DNA of 64,000 nucleotides from Thermoplasmata archaeon (GTDB lineage: Archaea; Thermoplasmatota; Thermoplasmata; Lutacidiplasmatales; UBA184): assembly GCA_022750435.1 (NCBI GenBank), contig JAKIVS010000001.1, positions 221,703-285,702 of the forward strand, read 5' to 3'. The position numbers and the translations under genes are program-made. Numbering within the stretch: position 1 is the stretch's first letter; each line of letters opens with the position of its first letter. A model generated the notes under the pieces. That model was not told the DNA's origin, ran no database searches, and was given only the letters and a program-made list of their open reading frames with translations. Below, one piece after another: positions 50,001 to 56,357 of the stretch.

Positions 50001-51036
50001 CACGTTGGAAACCGTTCCCTTCCTCGAGGGGTCGGTCCGGAACCGCGAGGAGACGGTGCGCTCGATCGTCGAGCAGGTCGACCGAGTCGTCGGACGACCC
50101 GTGGTCGGACCGACCAAGGTCGGAAACGCGTTCGACGCCGGGTTCACCTCGTTCGACTTGCTGTCCAAAGCTCCGTACGACCAGCTCTCGGGCGTGGCGG
50201 GGTTCGGCCCGTTCGTCGCCGGTCTCCTCGTCGAGTCGTTCGGAGGCGAGGTACCGGCGCCACCGCCTCGCCACCGGCCCCACCTCGTGCGTCCGGGCGA
50301 ACACGAACCAGCACCTCCCGAAACGCTGGAGGCGCCGGCCATGGTCGAGCCCCAGCCGGCGCCCCCGGTCCCGGCCGCCGCCCCACCGCCCCTCGCGCCG
50401 CTCGCGGCCCCGATCCTTGCCCCGCCGCCGGCGGCAACCTTACCCACCATGCAAGTCGTTCCCGTGGCGCCGGTCCCGACCCCCGCCGTGCCGGTGCCGC
50501 CACCCCTCGCCCCACCCCCGGTCGTAGCTCCTCCGCCGGCTCCGGAGCCCCCAACTCCGGAACCCCCCGCCGCACCGCCTTCCGGAGTACGACTGAGCCT
50601 CGGGGACCGGGAGGAGCCGGCGTGGAGGAGCTTCCTCGACGCGACGAGCGCCGGACACCGGGGGCTGTGCCTCAGCCGGGAGTTCCCAGAACGTCGGCGC
50701 GCCCTCCTCGGTCCCCGGGACGTCGAGGTCGTCTGGCTCTCGAACGTCGGCAAGGGCTCTGCGGTCCGACCGGGCGACCTGCCGGCGCTGACGACCCTCC
50801 TGACCTCCGCGATGACCGACCGGGGCGTGACCGCCATCTTCGTCGAGGGGGGAGAGTACCTCGTTCGGATCCACGGCGTCGGCCCGCTCGCCGATCTGCT
50901 CCGGCAGCTCGACGCGCTCGCCCGCGAACGCTCCGCCCGGGTCTGGTGGCCGATCAACCCCGCGCTGATGCCCGGCGCGGACGTCGACGTCCTTCGGACG
51001 ACGGTGACCGTCGAGGGCCCCGAATCCCCGACGTGA
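47020..51036 (+). CDS. Degenerate isoleucyl-tRNA synthetase paralog fused to HhH, a Pro-rich linker and DUF835
   Basis: Collinear IleRS landmarks (YDP.EVE...FW, CPSC, LVWT, GTGIV..P.HG..D, CAVC, EDR.FLS, APIAPF) without HIGH or KMSKS; GPTK...AGF / V.GFGP HhH; C-terminal GLCLSR.FPE, VWLS, EG.EYL DUF835 motifs. Confidence 0.8.
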   Translation: MERLAPRYDPTEVEAASRAFWAERSRRRDAEGAAGRGGRPVRQFLGTLAPSDSPATTLQRTVAADAEARYLRLAGRRTDWSLRLRVPWSGEGRDATVARLFQAGVSGPSTDPDGLAERRRWMLGRLADSRVLVARELPLRICPSCRTPRTPETIVYDAQPGHAYLVRFAIPDEAERTSLLVWTDEVWKLLGTVALLVNPETPYVVARFTRRDTAERVILSRSALDRVQRWLPGSSLEVLEEKLGADLAGTTYSHPLTLEYPPLSDLVSPAGSVVASNDVSDSGTGIVTLTPSHGAGDAAVARAHRIEGPSVVGTDGLVESSRPHKYAGLELESAEAFILRDLTEGGSMFAELTVRRGVPYCAVCGSVLRWVPGRAWCLEPGRLSAESLGQFARLLPDDTVPLTSEVVPWSVSETTPSVDPSDPILSECSQCERLSTAATGERCACGGAFVGVRRRLLPAFSEAVDGWASARALDPSDPVRLYLPYRRRAAALLHHLAAGEALDAPPADVRLIALPTLPPGTFGDGPGQDAQRAALLRTSRPPRTLAVVQERAVQEARRLSKFWMLAAQVLDRSIADGFEPDRALAGHLSELAEEDRAFLSTFERMRTDVRRRYEAGDLAAAQAMLARFAEVELRGGYLPMVASRLAAPGLPPGKVAALRVLHHVLPAWVELYAPIAPFTMEALHRAFQPDGGSVFDGGILPAVDRAVSVEAEGEYDRWRTFGEALRVGRRRFGIPAATELPRAILLVNDEATATRLRSTAAVLGRLAHVTEVIVGSPSQPWDGQRIEVHPVLAAIQKTYGAQSARVVRILEQIPSRRVQDGVRAGTLSIALDGRQMPILPGMVEFSESLPDDVVPVPWGHGEILISLPPDTARHKRKAPALTLDGYRIVRHIERRLHIAGGVTPELVVVSANGPLGEEMAKHAVAVAAYIGIGQLAVNDGTLSPPMTETSLGRTRRGGRWRVYIPGVPVRPPTARPSRPALGRHRVPVFAESRPTLETVPFLEGSVRNREETVRSIVEQVDRVVGRPVVGPTKVGNAFDAGFTSFDLLSKAPYDQLSGVAGFGPFVAGLLVESFGGEVPAPPPRHRPHLVRPGEHEPAPPETLEAPAMVEPQPAPPVPAAAPPPLAPLAAPILAPPPAATLPTMQVVPVAPVPTPAVPVPPPLAPPPVVAPPPAPEPPTPEPPAAPPSGVRLSLGDREEPAWRSFLDATSAGHRGLCLSREFPERRRALLGPRDVEVVWLSNVGKGSAVRPGDLPALTTLLTSAMTDRGVTAIFVEGGEYLVRIHGVGPLADLLRQLDALARERSARVWWPINPALMPGADVDVLRTTVTVEGPESPT

Positions 51037-51132
51037 CCGGCCCGGCCGGCGAATGACGAGCGGCGCCTGCGGAGGGGCGATTCGCACGCACCACCCCCAG
51101 AAGTACTCCGGGGACGTCCGGAACCGGTGTCG

Positions 51133-51693
51133 ATGGACGCGAATGTGGTGCCGCCCCGGGCCGGAGAAGGCTGGTGGGCGTCGAACGCCCAGACTCTGAA
51201 GACTCTCTTCCGGATGCTGTTCGGTCTCATCTGGCTGATCGACGGCTCCCTGAAATTCGCGCCCGGCTTCGTCGGCGCGTTCGCCGGAAGCATCTCCGGA
51301 GCCGGCCAACCCGGCTGGCTCCAGGGCTGGTTCTCTTTCTGGGCCACGCAGGTGAACGGCGACCCCGCCTTCTGGGTCTACCTCGTGGGAACGCTCGAGG
51401 TCCTGCTGGGCCTCGCGCTCATCTTTGGATTCATCCGCAAGGTGGCGTACGCCGGCGGCGCGCTCCTGAGCCTGTTCATCTGGGCCGTCCCCGAGGGGTT
51501 CGGCGGGCCGTACGGTCCGGGCTCGACGGACATCGGGACGGGCGCGATGTACGCGCTCCTGTTCCTAGCGCTGATTCTCCTGAACGCCACGTACGGTCCG
51601 AGCCGCTGGAGCCTCGATGCCTGGCTCGAGCGGAGGATCTCCTGGTGGAGCCGGATCGCGGAGCTGCGGCCGAAGTTGGCGGCCTCGCGCTGA
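51133..51693 (+). CDS. DoxX / TQO small-subunit-like membrane protein
   Basis: R.LFG.IWL.DG.LKF, E..LGLAL..G, W...EGFGG and SLD.W motifs. Confidence 0.75.
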   Translation: MDANVVPPRAGEGWWASNAQTLKTLFRMLFGLIWLIDGSLKFAPGFVGAFAGSISGAGQPGWLQGWFSFWATQVNGDPAFWVYLVGTLEVLLGLALIFGFIRKVAYAGGALLSLFIWAVPEGFGGPYGPGSTDIGTGAMYALLFLALILLNATYGPSRWSLDAWLERRISWWSRIAELRPKLAASR

Positions 51694-51714
51694 GTTCGCC
51701 GTTCCCCACCGGGG

Positions 51715-52635
51715 TCAGACCGACTCTCCCGATCGGCGGGCCGCTCGCAGCCGGGCCACGTTCACGGGGAATCGATCCGGGAGCGCCCAGGCCGCGTACT
51801 CGGCCGGAATCGAGACCGGAGCGTCGGAGTCCGCGAGAGCTTGGAGCTCGGCGAAGTACTCCCGAAGTTCCCGGCACGCCTCGGGGGGTCCGACCGGTCC
51901 GTGCCCGGGCACGATCACCTTCGCGCCGATTCGCTCGATCCGTTCGAGCGTCGTCACCCATCGGTCGAGCGAGCCATCGGCCAACTCCGGATGCGTCTGC
52001 ACGGTGACGAGGTCGCCGGCGAACAGCACCTCGGTCTCCTCGACGAAGAGGACCGAGTCACTCTCGCTGTGGCCGCCGCCTTCGACCACCTGAACTCCCT
52101 TCGTGCCGGGGAAGCGGTGCCGGCCCTCGAAGCTCGCGTCGGGGACGAGGATCAACTCCGAGCGCGGAACGAGGGCGAGCTCCTTGCGGGCCGCCAGCTC
52201 GGCGAGGAGCGGCTCGCGGACGAGCGGATCGGTCTCCTGCGCGAGGCGGTCGTTTCGGGCCATCGTACCTTGCACCCACTCCGGTTCCCCGACCTCCATG
52301 GCGTAGCGCGACCCGTGCTCGAGGAGCAGCGTTCGCGTCGTCGCGGTCGCGAAGAACTTCGCCCCGCGGAACGACGAGTTCCCGAGCGTGTGGTCGAAGT
52401 GCCAGTGGCTGTTGACGACGACGGACGGGTCCCTTCCCGTGCCGAGTCGTGCGGCGGTCCACAAGTCGTGGGCCGCCTGCGGGGTGTGCGCCGTGTCGAA
52501 GATCAACGTCGCGTACCCGAGGTCGACGATGCCGCAATTGCTGGAGGCACTGGCTCCGGAACGGGTGACGGCGGCCCAGTTGCCGTCCGCCACCTGCTCC
52601 ATCCGAAACTGGTCGGACGGGAACGAAGTCGCCAT
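51715..52635 (-). CDS. MBL-fold metallo-hydrolase
   Basis: NSHWHFDH, GHS, AGD and PGHG motifs. Confidence 0.88.
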   Translation of the reverse strand: MATSFPSDQFRMEQVADGNWAAVTRSGASASSNCGIVDLGYATLIFDTAHTPQAAHDLWTAARLGTGRDPSVVVNSHWHFDHTLGNSSFRGAKFFATATTRTLLLEHGSRYAMEVGEPEWVQGTMARNDRLAQETDPLVREPLLAELAARKELALVPRSELILVPDASFEGRHRFPGTKGVQVVEGGGHSESDSVLFVEETEVLFAGDLVTVQTHPELADGSLDRWVTTLERIERIGAKVIVPGHGPVGPPEACRELREYFAELQALADSDAPVSIPAEYAAWALPDRFPVNVARLRAARRSGESV

Positions 52636-52762
52636 CGGCCCCCCGATGGGGCGGAGCGGCTCTTAGCGCATGGGACCGGGGCCCTGGGTCGCGGGATCGC
52701 GTCTCGCGTCGGTCGGGAAGCGAGCCGTTTATCGTCCCGGGTCTACAGAGGGCGCGCCACCG

Positions 52763-53305
52763 ATGGTCGTCTACATCGCGCTCCTGCGCGCCGTCAACGT
52801 GGGCGGACACGCTCCTCTCCCGATGGCCGACCTGCGCGCCGAGCTTACGCGCGCGGGGTTTGGGAACGTTCGGACACTGATCCAGAGCGGCAACATCGTG
52901 CTGCGGAGCCCTGAGCGATCCGGCGCAAACTTGGAGCGCCGGCTGGAGTCGCTCCTCCAGGAGCGGTTCTCCCTGACGACCGTTGTCGTCGTCCGAAGCG
53001 CAGCCGACTGGGCCGAACTCATCCGCGTCAACCCTCACCCCCGCGCGGCGGCCGATGACCCAGCCCGCCTCGCCGTGGTGTGCCTGAAGGCCGTCCCGCC
53101 GCCGGGAGCCGCCGACGCGCTGCGCGCGGCGATCCGAGGACGGGAGACCGCCGCCGTCGTGGGCCCGAACGCCTACGTCGTCTACCCGGACGGAACCGGG
53201 ACCTCCCGGCTCACGATCGCCGTCATCGAACGCGCCCTCGGGACGCGGGGGACGGCGCGCAACTGGAACACCATCCGCAAGCTCGACGGGCTCGCCCACT
53301 CGTGA
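52763..53305 (+). CDS. DUF1697 family protein
   Basis: YIALLRAVNVGG...MA.L, V.T.IQSGN and T.RNWNT motifs. Confidence 0.9.
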   Translation: MVVYIALLRAVNVGGHAPLPMADLRAELTRAGFGNVRTLIQSGNIVLRSPERSGANLERRLESLLQERFSLTTVVVVRSAADWAELIRVNPHPRAAADDPARLAVVCLKAVPPPGAADALRAAIRGRETAAVVGPNAYVVYPDGTGTSRLTIAVIERALGTRGTARNWNTIRKLDGLAHS

Positions 53306-54612
53306 GCGGACCCGGGGTCGACGGACGCCCGGGGGCTTCTCCGCCGCGAGGCTCCGCGGCCGTGGCGAGGCCCGCGCGCGGGCCCCGGCTGTGGGCGCCC
53401 ACGGCCCGGAGGTCGTTCCGGTGGACCGCCTACGCCCTCGGGGTCACCGCGTTCGCCGCCGCGACACCGACACCGCTCTATTCGGTGTACGCGCAGCAGT
53501 TCGGATTCTCGGCCTCCGTCCTTGGTCTCGTCTTCGCCGCCTACACCCCCGGCGTCCTCCTCACGCTCCTGATCCTTGCCCCGCAGGCGGATCGGCTCGG
53601 ACGCAAACGGTTCCTGTACGCCGGTATGGCGCTGACCGCGGCCGCCTCGGTCGGCTTCGCCATCGCCCCGGACGTCGTCGGACTGGCGATCGCTCGGTTC
53701 GTGGCGGGCCTCGCCGTCGGCGCGACCACCAGCGTCGCGACCGCGGCGATGACCGACCTCGAGCCGAACCGCGACCCGCACCACGTCGCGCGCGTCGCGG
53801 TCGCCGCGAACTTCGGCGGCTTCGCAGCGGGAGTGCTCGCGAGCGCGGCCCTCGTCGAATTCGCCCCGTTCCCGACGCACCTCGTCTACCTTCTCCCCGT
53901 CGTCGCCGGCGCGGTCGGCGTCCTCGCGATCCGGTCCACGCCCGAAACGGCCCCCTCCCTCGGGGCCCCAGCGGAACCGCGCCGCCTCCCCGTCGAGCTG
54001 CCGCCCGAGCTACGCCGACCGTTCTGGGTCGCGCTCGGCGGGATTGCCGCCTGCTACTCGATCTACGGTCTGTTCGCCGCGCTCGTCCCGTCGTATGTCC
54101 GCAACGGACTCGCCCTCCCCGACGCCCTCGACAGCGGCTTCGTGGTGGCCCTGATGTTCGGGACCGCGGCCCTCGTGCAGCTCGCCACCTCGCAGATCCG
54201 GGACCGACGCGCGCTCCTCGTCGGCCTCCCCGTCCTCCTGGTCTCCCTCGTCGGGCTCGTCGCCATCCTGCGACTCGGGACCTTTGGACCGCTTCTCGTG
54301 GTGGCCGCCGCCCTCGGGGCCGCCGTCGGACTCACGTTCATGGGGAGCGCCACGCTCGTCGACCGGATCGCCCCCGAGGAACACCGCGGGGGCGTTCTGG
54401 CCGGCTATTACTCCGCGGGGTACCTCGCCCTCGCCGTGCCGACCATCGGGGTCGCGGCCGCCTCCGAGCGGATCGGCCTCGCGACGGCCGGCGTGCTGTT
54501 CGGAGGCCTCCTCGCGGCCACCACGGCGGTCCTGTTCGTCCTCATCCTCTGGACCCCGACCCCGCCGGGGGGAGGCGGACGCCCCCGGACTCCGCCCGCC
54601 GCGCTCCGTTAG
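53302..54612 (+). CDS. MFS transporter
   Basis: PTPLY..Y, ADRLGRK motif A and about 12 TM segments; GTGA overlap with DUF1697. Confidence 0.85.
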   Translation: MSGPGVDGRPGASPPRGSAAVARPARGPRLWAPTARRSFRWTAYALGVTAFAAATPTPLYSVYAQQFGFSASVLGLVFAAYTPGVLLTLLILAPQADRLGRKRFLYAGMALTAAASVGFAIAPDVVGLAIARFVAGLAVGATTSVATAAMTDLEPNRDPHHVARVAVAANFGGFAAGVLASAALVEFAPFPTHLVYLLPVVAGAVGVLAIRSTPETAPSLGAPAEPRRLPVELPPELRRPFWVALGGIAACYSIYGLFAALVPSYVRNGLALPDALDSGFVVALMFGTAALVQLATSQIRDRRALLVGLPVLLVSLVGLVAILRLGTFGPLLVVAAALGAAVGLTFMGSATLVDRIAPEEHRGGVLAGYYSAGYLALAVPTIGVAAASERIGLATAGVLFGGLLAATTAVLFVLILWTPTPPGGGGRPRTPPAALR

Positions 54613-55073
54613 GCTTCGCGCGTCGAGGCCCGGTAGTCGCGCTCGAGCGCGGCGGCGTAGTTCGCCCACGTCACGCGCAGCTCCCGCTCCAGACGCGCCT
54701 TGGGCGGGTTCTTCCCGAGAGCCGTGGCCCGACGGACGCCCTGGAGCCGAAGCTCCGTCCGCCCGTCCGACAGCGACCGAAGTTCGTAGTCGAGGCTCCA
54801 GGTCCGGTAGTTCCCCATCGCGTCGGCGTGCCAGCGGTTGGGGGGTTGCAGGGTCACGGCCGTCCGGCTCCACATCCAGCCGTCGCCGGTGTCGGTCAGA
54901 TCCTCGTACACCACCTTCCGGCCTTTCTGGAGAAGGATTCGACGCTCGAACTTTTCCTTCTCAAGGGTCGGGTCCTCGGGGCTATAGTCCGTGCACCATC
55001 GGAAGACGAACGGCAACGGGGCGCGGAACGTCGCGCGGACCTCGTACTGGGCCGGGGGACTCAGTTCTGCCAT
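54609..55073 (-). CDS. Hypothetical protein (possible SRPBCC/START-like fold)
   Basis: F.AP...VF.W.TDY...D pattern, beta-rich middle and C-terminal helix; host codon bias. Confidence 0.6.
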   Translation of the reverse strand: MAELSPPAQYEVRATFRAPLPFVFRWCTDYSPEDPTLEKEKFERRILLQKGRKVVYEDLTDTGDGWMWSRTAVTLQPPNRWHADAMGNYRTWSLDYELRSLSDGRTELRLQGVRRATALGKNPPKARLERELRVTWANYAAALERDYRASTREA

Positions 55074-55537
55074 CGTTCGGTGGACTCCGAGCCGGTAGAC
55101 CGGGGGGCAGGGATATCGCTTGACCTCGGGGGACCGGGTCGCACGACCGACGAAGCCGCCTCCACCCCCTCGCGAGACGGACGCGGCCCCGACCACGTCA
55201 CGCGGACGCCGTCCGCCACGGCCACCAGGACGAGAAGGAGGGGCAGGAGCGGGGCTCCCGCGGCGGAGCCGGACAAGCGGCCGGACGCGAGGAGAGCCCC
55301 CAAGACGCCGGCGGCCACGAGGGCCCCCAGAGCCGCGAGCACCCGCGGGAGCGGCCGCGGATTGGACCGCCGGAGCGAGACGGCGAGGAGGGTCGCGGGG
55401 AGGAGAAGCACCAGCAACACGGTGCCGGCGAGTTCGTGAACGTCGAGCCCGGTACCCGAGAGACCCAAGATCGCTGCCAAGAAGGCGACGGCCGCGGCGA
55501 GCGTCACGCTCAGGAGAACGAGCAGGGGAAGCCGCAT
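55061..55537 (-). CDS. Hypothetical four-TM membrane protein
   Basis: Four Leu/Ala-rich hydrophobic segments from ATG 55537. Confidence 0.5.
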   Translation of the reverse strand: MRLPLLVLLSVTLAAAVAFLAAILGLSGTGLDVHELAGTVLLVLLLPATLLAVSLRRSNPRPLPRVLAALGALVAAGVLGALLASGRLSGSAAGAPLLPLLLVLVAVADGVRVTWSGPRPSREGVEAASSVVRPGPPRSSDIPAPRSTGSESTERWQN

Positions 55538-55667
55538 CCGCGGAGACCGTGGCACGCCGGCCGGGTTCCGTACCAAGACCAAGGCGGTTGCGGTCGGAGG
55601 AATGGGTTCGGAGGCTTGGGTGACCCCGGGACGTCGCTCGCGGGGACCCGCGGAGCGGACCACCCGC

Positions 55668-56057
55668 TCAGGGCTTGGGGTACTGGTAGAGCCCGACGAC
55701 ATTCCCCTCGCTGTCTTTGAAATAGCCCATCCAGCCCATGCTGGCGTCTCCGATCGGCTGCTTGCGGACCAGGATCGTCCCGCCGTGCTTCTCGATCGAC
55801 TTCTCGGCGACCGTGATCTCATCGACCATGATCGTCACGACCGGATGCTCGAGTGGAGCTGCCCTCTTCGTAATTCCGCCCCCGATATACCCGGGCTCCT
55901 TCGGCATGCCCTCCTCGGTCACGGCCCCGGTCGAGACCATCGCGTACTCCATCCCGGGGGGTTCGACGTACTTCCAACCAAACGTCGATCCGTAGAACTT
56001 CTTCGCGCGCGTCACGTCGTCCGCCGGGATCTCAAAGTGTCCGACCTCTCCGCTCAT
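55668..56057 (-). CDS. VOC (glyoxalase / bleomycin-resistance) family protein
   Basis: HFEIPADD..RA.KFY...FGW, GGI and F.DSEGN..GL motifs. Confidence 0.9.
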   Translation of the reverse strand: MSGEVGHFEIPADDVTRAKKFYGSTFGWKYVEPPGMEYAMVSTGAVTEEGMPKEPGYIGGGITKRAAPLEHPVVTIMVDEITVAEKSIEKHGGTILVRKQPIGDASMGWMGYFKDSEGNVVGLYQYPKP

Positions 56058-56316
56058 TTTGGCCCCCCTTCTCCCGAGCGTTCCCACGCTAAAAAACCGA
56101 ACCGGAGGTCGTGGAACGGTTCCGAATCCTCCGCCTCGGGAACGCCCCACCCCTCCTCCCGCCGCGCGGTTCGGAAGACGAACGGTACGCGACGGCACCG
56201 CCGGGAATCGCCGCCACGAACGGGGAGGGCGCGAAGGGCCGATGTCCTGGACGGGAGCGAGGGGGCCCCGTTCCGTCCGACGGGGGCCCGTCGGGGCGAG
56301 ACACATCGGGAGGCGG

Positions 56317-56357
56317 CTAAATACCGGGACTCGGGTCCCGCCGCCCCGGGTAAACAA
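56317..56357 (+). promoter_or_regulatory. TATA box plus inverted-repeat element, copy 1
   Basis: CTAAATACCGGGACTCGGGTCCCGCC..CCCGGG before ATG 56358; near-identical copy at 59540. Confidence 0.65.

Noticed and set aside
47020-51036. Functional ileS or a simple pseudogene
   Set aside because: HIGH and KMSKS are absent, so it is not a normal IleRS. The 4-kb frame is intact with Cys pairs and added domains, which argues against a decaying pseudogene.
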